Source: Octopus sinensis
Lineage: Eukaryota
Direction: 5' to 3'
NCBI RefSeq assembly: GCF_006345805.1
Contig: NC_043025.1
Location: 5,084,001-5,148,000, forward strand
DNA length: 64,000 nucleotides
The translations under genes and the position numbers were made by a program. The notes under the pieces were generated by a model, which was not told the DNA's origin, did no database searches, and was given only the letters and a program-made list of their open reading frames with translations. This document shows positions 1 through 11,563 of this stretch, piece by piece; position 1 is the first letter of the stretch, and the number at the start of each line of letters is the position of its first letter.

Positions 1-142
1 CAACAACAACAACAACAGCAACAAGTGTAGGTTTCAATAAGGGAAGGGTTTTTAATAAGGGAACAAGGGACAAATCCCCTCTCTCTACCCCCAACAGAAA
101 CCAGTGAAAGTATATACTGAGGTAGCATTTTTTTCTCTTTTC

Positions 143-350
143 TCTTTTTACTTGTTTCAGTCAATTTGACTGCGGCCATGCTGGAGCACCGCCTTTAATC
201 GAGCAACTCGACCCCGGGACTTATTCTTTGTAAGCCCAGTACTTATTCTATCGGTCTCTTTTGCCAAACCGCTAAGTGACGGGGACATAAACATGCCAGC
301 ATCGGTTGTCAAGCAATGCTAGGGGGACAAACACAGACACACAAACATAT

Positions 351-391
<41 letters not shown>

Positions 392-562
392 CACATATAT
401 ACAACGGGCTTCTTTCAGTTTGCGTCTACCTAATCCACTCACAAGGCTTTGGTCGGCCTGAGGCTATAGTAGAAGACACTTGCCCAAGGTGCCACGCAGT
501 GGGACTGAACCTGGAACCATGTGGTTGGTAAACAAGCTACTTACCACACAGCCACTCCTGCA

Positions 563-618
<56 letters not shown>

Positions 619-777
619 ATGGGCTTCTTTCAGTTTCCGTCTACCAAATCCACTCAGAAGGCTTTGGTTGGCCTGAGGCTATAGTAGAAGACACTTGCCG
701 AAGGTGCCACACAGTGGGACTGAACCTGGAACCATATGGTTGGGAAGCAAGCTACTTACCACATAGCCACTCCTGCG
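143..777 (-). mobile_element. SINE family S1 (tRNA-derived head, internal TA/TG microsatellite, CR1-like tail) with a duplicated head
   Basis: Reverse complement of the ggcgcaggagtggctgtgtggtaag...ggttcagtccc head and ggcggtgctccagcatggccgcagtc tail; second head at about 614-777. Confidence 0.85.
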
Positions 778-1152
778 CAAGTAACTGCATATGATGGAGG
801 ACAAGGGTGGGTAGGTGGAAATGAACAAGAATAAAGGTGCAGGCATGGCTGTGGGGTTGTGAAGCTTGCTCTCCAACTATGTACTTTCAGGTTCAGTCCC
901 ACTGCACAGCACTTGAGGAAAGTGCCTTCTACTATACAGCTGGGCCAACCAATGCCTTGTGGTGAATTTGGTAGATGGAAACTGTGTGGAAGCTTTCATC
1001 ATATATATGTGTGTGTGCGTTTGTCCCACTTCCACCACCCCTACCACCACTTGACGACTGGTGTTGGTTTGTTGCGTCCTTGTAACTTGGCCGTTTGTTA
1101 TAAGGAGTAGATAGAATAAGCACCACATTTACAAAAAAAAACAAAACAAATA

Positions 1153-1558
1153 GGCGCAGGAGTGGCCGTGTGGTAAGTAGCTTGCTAACCAGCCACATGG
1201 TTCTGGGTTCAGTCCCACTGCGTGGCATCTTGGGCAAGTGTCTTCTGCTATAGCCCCGGGCCAACCAATGCCTTGTGAGTGGATTTGGTAGACGGAAACT
1301 GAAAGAAGCCTGTCGTATATATGTATATATATATGTGTATGTATATGTTTGTGTGTCTGTGTTTGTCTCTCTAGCATTGCTTGACAACCGATGCTGGTGT
1401 GTTTATGTCCCCGTCACTTAACGGTTTGGCAAAAGAGACTGATAGAATAAGTACTGGGCTTACAAGGAATAAGTCCCGGGGGTCGATTTGCTCGACTAAA
1501 GGCGGTGCTCCAGCATGGCCGCAGTTAAACGACTGAAACAAGTAAAAGAGTAAAAGAA
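1153..1558 (+). mobile_element. SINE S1, full length
   Basis: A-box-like tggctgtgtggtaag, B-box-like ggttcagtccc, internal (TA)n(TG)n, tail gactgaaacaagtaaaagagtaaaag. Confidence 0.9.
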
Positions 1559-1734
1559 TAAACTGGGGTCGGTTTGTTTGACTGAACCCTTCAAAGCAGT
1601 GCTCAAATACATCTGGGGGAACACAAAAAAAAAAAAAAAAAAAACCCCAACAAAATACATAAGTGGATTAGAGGGAGAGACAGAGAAACAGATTAATAGA
1701 TAGACTTGGATTATATGAGAGAAATTAATCTTAC

Positions 1735-1788
1735 CTGGCTTCGTATAAGTTTCCTTTAACACACTATCTGGTGGCTGCTTTTTTATAC
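1735..1788 (-). CDS. candidate further CUX exon (54 nt): (S)IKKQPPDSVLKETYTKP(G)
   Basis: Acceptor ttttttaaacattgcag, consensus donor CAG|gtaaga. Open in the phase 1-1 frame that follows the CUT1 exon and lies in non-repetitive sequence. No homology support. Confidence 0.5.
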
Positions 1789-1936
1789 CTGCAATGTTTA
1801 AAAAATTTGCCTAAATATAATATCAACACAGTGAGGATGGGACACAGTAGTTGTAGAGCCAGTGGTCATTTCAGTGATTGTAGTAGTAGTAGTAGTAGTA
1901 GTTGTTTGGTATTAGTTGTAGGGGTTAGGGTTAGGC

Positions 1937-2597
1937 GAGCTGGCAGAATTGTCAGCACGCCAGGCGAAATGCGTAGCTGTATTTCGTCTACCGTTACATT
2001 CTGAGTTCAATTTCCGCCGAGGTTGACTCTGCCTTTCATCCTTTCGGGGTCGATAAATTAAGTACCAGTTACGCACTGGGGTCGATGTAATCGACTTAAT
2101 ACCTATGTCTATCCTTGTTTGTCCCCTCTATATTTCGTCCCTTGTGGGCAATAAAGAAATAAGAAACGTTAGCACGCTGGGCGAAATGCTGAGCAATATT
2201 TCGTCTGCCACAACGTTCTGAGTTCAAATTCCACCGAGGTCAACTTTGCCTTTCATCCTTTCGGGGTCATTAAATTAAGTACCAGTTACGCACTGGGGTC
2301 GATGTAATCAACTTAATACCTATGTCTATCCTTGTTTGTCCCCTCTATGTTTCGTCCCTTGTGGGCAATAAAGAAATAAGAAACATTAGCACGCTGGGCG
2401 AAATGCCGAGCAATATTTCATCTGTCACAACGTTCTGAGTTCAAATTCCGCCGAGGTCAACTTTGCCTTTCATCCTTTCGGGGTCGATAAATTAAGTACC
2501 AGTTACGCACTGGGGTCGATGTAATCGACTTAACTCCTTTGTCTGTCCTTGTTTGTCCCCTCTATGTTTCGCCCCTTGTGGGTAGTAAAGAAATATA
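1937..2597 (+). mobile_element. SINE S2 (MetaSINE-like central domain), head-to-tail trimer
   Basis: Three ~215-bp units, each with gcctttcatcctttcggggtcgataaattaagtaccag (resembles the Meta domain) and tail aataaagaaat. Confidence 0.8.
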
Positions 2598-3004
2598 TTA
2601 GTTGTAGGGGGTCACTGTAGTACTTCTGCAGGGCTCCTCGGCATAGTCATTGAACGGGAGGCATGAAAAGAAACCTGGCACCGCACACAGACGCAAATGC
2701 TTCAGGCAGTTCTTAGGGCTTCTGTTACAAAAGCAGAGGCCGTAATGGCAGTCTTCGGCCCCTCACCTTGGTAACCGGAGAAAAGAAGAAGAACGCGGTT
2801 TGCTGGACAGACACTGGCTGGAGAAGCAAGGGCGAAACGTCCAGCGATCTCCTTCTCCGGAAAACCCATGCACAGACATACAGGGTCCAAGAAGAGTTGA
2901 TAGCATTCGACATGTGGCAGACAGTGGATGCCAAGACGAGGACATGGAGGCTGGTGATGGAAGATCAGGACATTTGGGGTGGAAGAGTAGCATTGGATGG
3001 ATGG

Positions 3005-3361
3005 ATAGCAGTAGTAGTAGTAGTAGTAGTAACAGTAGTAATGGTGGTAGTAGTAATAGTAGTGGTGGTGGCAGTAGTACTAGTAGTAGTGGTGTTGGTG
3101 GTAGTAACAGTAATAGTAGTGGTGGTAGTAGTAGTAATAGTGGTGGTGGTGGCAGTGATAGTAATAGTGGTGGTGGTAGTATCAGTAGTAATAGTAGTGG
3201 TGGTGGTAATAGTAGTAGTGGTAGTTGTAGCACTATTAATAGTAGTGGTAGCGGTGATAGTAACAGTGGTGGTGGTAATAGCAGTAGTAGTAGTGATAGC
3301 AATAATGGTGGTAATAGCAGTAGTAGTAGTGATAGCAATAATGGTGGTGGTGGTAGTAGCT

Positions 3362-3393
<32 letters not shown>

Positions 3394-3395
3394 GA
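3005..3395. repeat. (AGT/GGT)n trinucleotide low-complexity tract
   Basis: Degenerate agt/ggt/aat triplets; source of the poly-V, poly-T and poly-S/G ORFs. Confidence 0.9.
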
Positions 3396-4880
3396 CAGCT
3401 TGTTTTGTATGCTTCATGATTTCTCAGCTACTTTCATCTCCCATGGGACAATTCCAGTTATGTAGCAGTTCCACCCCAACCCCCAACCCCACCCCATGAG
3501 AAAAGGTTGCTAGCCACCTATTCACGCCTTCACCCTTTCTGTTCTGGGATAAGGGACACGGTGACCGCTCCCTTATGACTCTCCTCTCAACAATGTCATT
3601 GATTCAGAAGAGAGAGAGAGAGAGGGAGGGGAGAGCAGGGAAGCAAATGGTGTGGTTGTCTATACTGACCCCAGCGTATGGCTGGTACCTTTATTTATAA
3701 ACCCCTGGAAGGGTAGAAGACCAAGTTGGCCACAGCATGATTTGAACTTGGAACACCACAGAAAGAACAAATCTATTTACAGTTTGCAAAATCAGAGGGA
3801 CAGGACCCATGGGGTTTGTGGGGCCTTTTCACCTAACCCTCCCTCATATTGAATTCTCTTAAAATGGAAGGATACATTCAATAATGCAAACCAGATGTGA
3901 TGGGCATGGTTGGAATATTTTTGATCAGAAGTCTGCTCAATCAGAGATGGCTCGGGGTTAAACAAAGGCCATGAATCTTTAGGAGCCTCTTCAGGGTCAC
4001 ATGATGTGCAAGAAATAGCAGCCAATTCCTCTTAAAAAAACCCCCCAGATGTGGTGGACATGGTTGGAATATTTTTGATCAGAAGTCTGCTCAATCAGAG
4101 ATGGCTCAGGGCTAAACAAAGGCCATCACCAAACATAATTTCTATAATGAAAGGAGTGGGGGGGGGAGAGAGAGAGAACGGAAGAGCATGAATCTTTGGG
4201 AGCCTCTACAGGGTCACGTGATGTGCTTGAAACAACAGCCAATTTCTCCTCAAATCCACACTCTTCTAAACCAAAGCAAAACAAAGAACACCGTGGATAA
4301 CTGTAGTCCTAGATGCATTGCTTCAATAAACACCTGAAAATAAGAATTGGGGTGGTGGGCAGGGTGCATGTGGCTTTGGTCATGTGACCGTTCAATCAGG
4401 AAGGCCTGACCTAGGGCTAAATAACAACAGCAATGGCAACATAATAGAATGAATCATGATGATGATAAAATGTTTTATTTGTTTCAGTCATTGGACTGTA
4501 GTCAGGTGGGGAGGTCACCCCTGGATGGGTTAGGTTGAACAGATCAAACCAGGTGCGTATTTTTAATGCTTGGTACTTATTCTATCATTCTCTTATACTG
4601 AACGTTAAGTCACAGGGACATAAACAAAGCAACACCAGTTGTCAAGTGGTGATGGTGGTAATTATGCAGAGGTGAAGGGTGAATGACAAACAAAAAGGAT
4701 ACACAAACACACACACAAATCCTCATCATCATCTAATGCCCGTTTTCCATGCTGGCATGGGTTGGACGGTTTAACTGGGGTCTGGGAAGCCAGGATGCTG
4801 CACCAGGCTCCAGCCTGATCTCGCAGTATTTCGACAGTTGGATGCCCTTCCTAACGCCAACTATTCCGTGAGTGTAGTGG

Positions 4881-5262
4881 AGGCGCAATGGCCCAGTGGT
4901 TAGGGCAGCGGACTCGTGGTCATAGGATCGCGGTTTCGATTCCCAGACCGGGCGTTGTGAGTGTTTATTGAGCGAAAACACCTAAAAGCTCCACGAGGCT
5001 CCGGCAGGGGATGATGGTGATCCCTGCTGTACTCTTTCACCACAACTTTCTCTCACTCTTTCTTCCTGTTTCTGTTGTACCTGTATTTCAAAGGGTCGGC
5101 CTTGTCACTCTCTGTGTCACGCTGAATATCCCCGAGAACTACGTTAAGGGTACACGTGTCTGTGGAGTGCTCAGCCACTTACACGATAATTTCACGAGCA
5201 GGCTGTTCCGTTGATTGGATCAACCGGAACCCTCGTCGTCGTAACCGACGGAGTGATTCCCC
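4881..5262 (+). mobile_element. SINE S3 (tRNA-derived), inserted into an RTE 3' end with an 18-bp target-site duplication
   Basis: Head aggcgcaatggcccagtggttagggcagcggactcg; attccgtgagtgtagtgg at both 4863-4880 and 5263-5280. Confidence 0.88.
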
Positions 5263-5334
5263 ATTCCGTGAGTGTAGTGGGGGCTTTTTACGTGCCACCG
5301 GCACAATGTATATATCTGTGTGTATAAATATAGA

Positions 5335-5680
5335 TGTGAAGGCACATGGTTCAGTGTTCAGAGCATCAGGCTCACACTCACGAGACAGTGAGTTTGATTC
5401 CCAAACCAGGCTGTACATTGTGTTCTTGAGCAAGACACTTTATTTCATGTTGCTCCAGTTCACTCAGCTGTAGAAATGAGTTGTGATGTCACTGGTGCCA
5501 AGCTGTATCGGTCCCTTTCCCTTTCCTTTGGATAACACTGGTGGTGTGGAGAGGGGAGGCCGGTATGCATGGGCGACTGCTGGTCTTCCATAAACGACCT
5601 TGCCCAGACTTGTGCCTGGGAGGGTAACTTTCTAGGTGCAATCCCATGGTCATTCATGACCGAAGGGGGTCTTCATCCTT
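5335..5680 (+). mobile_element. SINE S4 (tRNA head, cttgagcaagacacttta central block, catgaccgaagggg tail)
   Basis: Same element recurs inverted at about 22445-22760, 29655-29935, 30070-30405 and 55070-55290. Confidence 0.8.
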
Positions 5681-5778
5681 TATGTGTGTGTGTGTGTGTG
5701 TGTGTATATAAATATATATATATATAGATAGATAGATAGATAGATAGCTAGATAGATATGTAGGTAGATATGTATGTA

Positions 5779-6163
5779 GAGGCAGAGGTATGGCTGTGTG
5801 GTAAGAAGTTTGCTTCCCAACCACAGGGTTCTGGGTTCAGTTCCACAGCATTGGCAAGTGTCTTCTACTATAGCATTGGGCTGACCAAAGCCTTGCAGAT
5901 CAAAGATGGAAACTTAAAGAAGCCCATTGTATTTATGCGTGTGCGTGTGTCTCTGTCTGTGTTTGCACCTGACAACCACTTGACAACCGGTGTTGGTGTG
6001 TCTACATCCCAGTAACTTAGCGGTTCAGCAAAAGAGACCAATAGAATAAGTACTAGGTTTTAAAATTAAACCCTGGGGTTGATTTGGTCAACTAAAAATT
6101 CTTCAGGGCAGTGCCCCAGCATGGCGATAGTCTAATGACTGAAACAAGTAAAAGATAAAAGAT
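5779..6163 (+). mobile_element. SINE S1, diverged copy
   Basis: S1 head, body and tail with many substitutions. Confidence 0.75.
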
Positions 6164-6164
6164 A

Positions 6165-6733
6165 TACCTATTTCTTTATTACCCACAAGGGGCTAAACAA
6201 GGACAGACATAGGTATTAAATTGATTACATCGACCCCAGTGTGTAACTGGTACTTAATTTATCGATCCCGAAAGGATGAAAGGCAAAGTTGACCTCGGCA
6301 GAAAAGATAAAAGATATACCTATTTCTTTATTACCCACAAGGGGCTAAACACAGAGGGGACAAACAAGGACAGACATAGGTATTAAGTCGATTACATCGA
6401 CCCCAGTGCGTAACTGGTACTTAATTTATCGACCCCGAAAGGATGAAAGGCAAAGTCGACCTCGGCGGAATTTGAACTCACAACGTAACGCAGACGAAAT
6501 ACCTATTTCTTTATTACCCACAAGGGGCTAAACACAGAGGGGACAAACAAGGACAGACATAGGTATTAAGTCGATTACATCGACCCCAGTGCGTAACTGG
6601 TACTTAATTTATCGACCCCGAAAAGATGAAAGGCAAAGTCGACCTCGGCGGAATTTGAACTCACAACGTAATGGCAGATGAAATACCGCTAAGCATTTCG
6701 CCCGGCATGCTAACGTTTCTGCCAGCTTGCCGC
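6165..6733 (-). mobile_element. SINE S2 multimer
   Basis: Three Meta-like blocks joined through the tail. Confidence 0.8.
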
Positions 6734-7256
6734 CAAAAAAGATATAAGATCTTATAAAAAAAGAAAAAAGATATACCAACAGCCAAATGATGTCAATGAG
6801 GGAAAAAGTATAGAAGAAAGGTTATTTCGATGTTATATCAAGTACAAGCTAATTCTACCCCAAGACCCAACACTAACCCCTCACAACAATTTAGTGTCAT
6901 TCGGGGGGGGGGGGAGAAAAAAAAAAGAAATTTAATTCAAGTTGAAATTGGAAGAAATAAAGTTTGTGCAATGTTGAATAAGAGGAGTGAAAACGAAGAC
7001 AGGCAGTCGTTAGGTTAATTGAGATTAACGATAATGATTTAATCCCAGAAGGGATTTACAACTGGGTTTCAGATGGTGGTGGTGGCGGCAGTGGTGATGA
7101 CGGTGAAAATGACAGGAATGCAAATGATATGTAAATTAGGAATGGGAAAAATAGGAAATTTAAGCAAAGGGCCGTGAAATAATTGTAGAAATTATTGGAT
7201 TTAAATTAAAGGGAGGAGGTGGTGGTGGTGGAGGAACAAACAGATAAAACACACAC

Positions 7257-7345
<89 letters not shown>

Positions 7346-7526
7346 CATATATACATACACAAGGACAAGAATAGATACATGCAAGAACATGCACAGATGA
7401 ATGCACACACACATGCACACAAGAAAAACAAATATAACACAGATACCACACACACACACACACACACACACACAAATGTACTCATAAGCATATTTAAAAA
7501 TTCCAAAAATATATATATATATATAT

Positions 7527-7678
7527 AGGCGCAGGAGTGGCTGTGTGGTAAGTAGCTTGCTAACCAACCACATGGTTCCGGGTTCAGTCCCACTGCGTGG
7601 CATCTTGGGCAAGTGTCTTCTGCTATAGCCCCGGGCCGACCAATGAGTGGATTTGGTAGACGGAAACATATATGTATG

Positions 7679-7761
<83 letters not shown>

Positions 7762-8154
7762 TTGTGTGTCTGTGTTTGTCCCCCTAGCATTGCTTGACAA
7801 CCGATGCTGGTGTGTTTACGTCCCCATCACTTAGCGGTTCAGCAAAAGAGACCGATAGAATAAGTACTGGGCTTACAAAGAATAAGTCCCAGGGTCAATT
7901 TGCTCGACTAAAGGCGGTGCTCCAGCATGGCCGCAGTCAAATGACGGAAACAAGTAAAAGAGTATATGTATGTATATGTAGCCACAGGCGTGGCTGAGTG
8001 GTAAGAAGTTTGCTTCTCAACCACATAGTTCCGAGTTCAGTCCCACTGCGTGGCACCTTGGGCAAGTGTCTTCCACTGTAGCTTCAGGCCAGTCAAACCC
8101 GTGTGAATGGATTCGGTAGACAGAAACTGAAAGAAGCCTGTCACACACGCACAC

Positions 8155-8192
<38 letters not shown>

Positions 8193-8398
8193 ATGTATAT
8201 ATATATGTATGTATATGCATATATTTATGCGTCTTTGTGTCTGTTGGTTCCTCAATGGCAACCCACGATCAGCAAAAGAGACCGATAGAATAAGTACTAG
8301 GCTTACTAAGACTAAGTCCTGGGGGTCGATTTGTTTGACTAAAAAGTGGTGCTCCAGCATGGCCGCAGTCAAACGACAGAAACAAGTAAAAAAGAATA
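7527..8398 (+). mobile_element. two tandem S1 SINEs (repeated at about 9472-10358)
   Basis: Two S1 heads and two S1 tails. Confidence 0.85.
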
Positions 8399-8830
8399 GA
8401 CAATTATGCCCTCTTCCCCCCAGCACCCCCACCACCTGCGAAGGCAATGTTAATTAGGAAAAAGTAAAAATGTGGTGTGGGTGAGTGGGTGGGGAAAGGA
8501 CGGTAACGAAGAGATTTAGAAATAATTACAAAGAATGCAATAAAGCAATGAAGGAAAATCTAGGTGGAGACGAAATGAGATGAAGAATAGTTGGAGTGCA
8601 AAGATGGCAAAATCCACCACGGACACTATCTGAAGAGTGTGCGTCGTCATGATGGGCTTAGCCAAATATTGTTAAGAAGAGAAGATTTTTAATTGAAGAT
8701 TTAGGGTATACATGTGTGAGTGTGTGTGTGGGGTTTAGATGTATGTGTGGAGGTACAACGCCCAGTGGTTAGGGCAGCGGACTCGCGGTTGTAGGATCGT
8801 GGTTTCAATTCCCAGACCGGACATTGTGAA

Positions 8831-9100
8831 TGTCTTAACCACTATGCCATATGCCCAGAGGCATATGGCATAGTGGTTAAGCGCTCAGGCTACTAACCCC
8901 AAGATTCCGAGTTCAATTCCAAGCAGTGACCTGAACAATAATAATAATAATAATAATAACATCGGAAAATACCTTAGGAATGAGAACCAGGTTCGAAATT
9001 TCCCCAAGACACCTGATGATGGCTGGAGGGTATATCAGCTGAAACGTTGTGTTAACAACAAACAAGATGAGGACAAATATCCATCGAATGTAAATAATGT
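8831..9100 (+). mobile_element. tRNA-headed element with a Penelope-type, hammerhead-containing tail, nested in an S3 SINE (second copy about 10790-11055)
   Basis: TSD attgtgaa (8823-8830 and 9101-9108); 22-bp 5' fold-back; tRNA-like head tggcatagtggttaag...gagttcaattcc; (AAT)n; tail cctgatga...gaaacgttgtgtt. Confidence 0.75.
9008..9053 (+). ncRNA. minimal type I hammerhead ribozyme motif
   Basis: Stem I gacac/gtgtt, core CUGAUGA, one extra nt, stem II ggctg/cagct, GAAA, palindromic AACGUU as helix III, predicted cleavage after GUU. Confidence 0.65.
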
Positions 9101-9637
9101 ATTGTGAACATTTATTAAGCGAAAACACCTAAAAGCTCCATGAGGCTCTGGAAGGGGCTGGTGGTGAACCCTGCTGTACTCTTTCACCACAACTTTCTCT
9201 CACTCTTTCTTCCTGTTTCCTGTTGTACCTGTATTTCAAGGGGCCAGCCTTGTCACAGTCTTATATCATGTTGAATCTCCCTGAGAACTACATTAAGGGC
9301 ACACGTGTCTGTGGAGTGCTCAGCCACTTACACGATAATTTCACGAGCAGGCTGTTCCGTTGAACGGATCAACTGGAACCCTCATTGTCTCAACTGACGG
9401 AGTGACACACACACACACAAATGTACTCATAAGCATATTTAAAAATTCCAAAAATATATATATATATATATAGGCGCAGGAGTGGCTGTGTGGTAAGTAG
9501 CTTGCTAACCAACCACATGGTTCCGGGTTCAGTCCCACTGCGTGGCATCTTGGGCAAGTGTCTTCTGCTATAGCCCCGGGCCGACCAATGAGTGGATTTG
9601 GTAGACGGAAACATATATGTATGTATGTATATATATT

Positions 9638-9704
<67 letters not shown>

Positions 9705-10121
9705 GTGTTTGTGTGTCTGTGTTTGTCCCCCTAGCATTGCTTGACAACCGATGCTGGTGTGTTTACGTCCCCATCACTTAGCGGTTCAGCAAAAGAGACC
9801 GATAGAATAGTACTAGGCTTACTAAGACTAAGTCCTGGGGGTCGATTTGTTTGACTAAAAAGTGGTGCTCCAGCATGGCCGCAGTCAAATGACGGAAACA
9901 AGTAAAAGAGTATATGTATGTATATGTAGCCACAGGCGTGGCTGAGTGGTAAGAAGTTTGCTTCTCAACCACATAGTTCCGAGTTCAGTCCCACTGCGTG
10001 GCACCTTGGGCAAGTGTCTTCCACTGTAGCTTCAGGCCAGTCAAACCCGTGTGAATGGATTCGGTAGACAGAAACTGAAAGAAGCCTGTCACACACGCAC
10101 ACATATATATATATATATATA

Positions 10122-10153
<32 letters not shown>

Positions 10154-10963
10154 ATGTATATATATATGTATGTATATGCATATATTTATGCGTCTTTGTG
10201 TCTGTTGGTTCCTCAATGGCACCCACGATCAGCAAAAGAGACCGATAGAATAAGTACTAGGCTTACTAAGACTAAGTCCTGGGGGTCGATTTGTTTGACT
10301 AAAAAGTGGTGCTCCAGCATGGCCGCAGTCAAACGACAGAAACAAGTAAAAAAGAATAGACAATTATGCCCTCTTCCCCCCAGCACCCCCACCACCTGCG
10401 AAGGCAATGTTAATTAGGAAAAAGTAAAAATGTGGTGTGGGTGAGTGGGTGGGGAAAGGACGGTAACGAAGAGATTTAGAAATAATTACAAAGAATGCAA
10501 TAAGCAATGAAGGAAAATCTAGGTGGAGACGAAATGAGATGAAGAATAGTTGGAGTGCAAAGATGGCAAAATCCACCACGGACACTATCTGAAGAGTGTG
10601 CGTCGTCATGATGGCTTAGCCAAATATTGTTAAGAAGAGAAGATTTTTAATTGAAGATTTAGGGTATACATGTGTGAGTGTGTGTGTGGGGTTTAGATGT
10701 ATGTGTGGAGGTACAACGGCCCAGTGGTTAGGGCAGCGGACTCGCGGTTGTAGGATCGTGGTTTCAATTCCCAGACCGGACATTGTGAATGTCTTAACCA
10801 CTATGCCATATGCCCAGAGGCATATGGCATAGTGGTTAAGCGCTCAGGCTACTAACCCCAAGATTCCGAGTTCAATTCCAAGCAGTGACCTGAACAATAA
10901 TAATAATAATAATAACATCGGAAAATACCTTAGGAATGAGAACCAGGTTCGAAATTTCCCCAA

Positions 10964-11009
10964 GACACCTGATGATGGCTGGAGGGTATATCAGCTGAAA
11001 CGTTGTGTT
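10964..11009 (+). ncRNA. minimal type I hammerhead ribozyme motif (duplicate copy)
   Basis: Identical to 9008-9053, within the second duplication unit. Confidence 0.62.
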
Positions 11010-11361
11010 AACAACAAACAAGATGAGGACAAATATCCATCGAATGTAAATAATGTATTGTGAACATTTATTAAGCGAAAACACCTAAAAGCTCCATGAG
11101 GCTCTGGAAGGGGCTGGTGGTGAACCCTGCTGTACTCTTTCACCACAACTTTCTCTCACTCTTTCTTCCTGTTTCCTGTTGTACCTGTATTTCAAAGGGG
11201 CCAGCCTTGTCACAGTCTTATATCATGTTGAATCTCCCTGAGAACTACATTAAGGGCACACGTGTCTGTGGAGTGCTCAGCCACTTACACGATAATTTCA
11301 CGAGCAGGCTGTTCCGTTGAACGGATCAACTGGAACCCTCATTGTCTCAACTGACGGAGTG

Positions 11362-11393
<32 letters not shown>

Positions 11394-11563
11394 GCGCTGA
11401 TTGTAACTGACAGAGTGCCACGATCTGTGCATGTGCAGCATCGGAGTAAATTGGATTAACCATTAAGCAAAATAAGCCCATGTTCAGGATATCAATGGAA
11501 GTGAGTGGTGGTGAGGGAACAACACAAAAATGGTAAATGGTTTATGGCACAAAAGAAATCACT

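Larger units (their letters stand above)
7474..11361 (+). repeat. ~1.95-kb near-identical tandem duplication (about 7474-9404 and 9419-11361)
   Basis: Same order of S1, S1, unique stretch, S3 and inserted element in both copies; junctions fall in (CA)n. Confidence 0.92.

Noticed and set aside
2620-2990. Segment resembling an RTE/BovB-like UTR
   Set aside because: Resemblance is from memory only and there is no coding motif; not supportable without a database search.
2763-3499. Long ORFs (poly-V, poly-T, poly-L/P, S/G-rich)
   Set aside because: All frames are open only because of an (AGT/GGT)n tract; no splice or homology support.
4881-4955. tRNA-like sequences (also at 1153, 8860, 19447 and others) as tRNA genes
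   Set aside because: They lack a proper acceptor stem and continue into SINE bodies; these are SINE heads.
8400-10609. Hydrophobic minus-strand ORF (10364-10609, and its twin near 8400-8650) as a possible CASP transmembrane exon
   Set aside because: No resemblance to the CASP C-terminal motif and no convincing splice sites; the twin copy differs by frameshifting indels.
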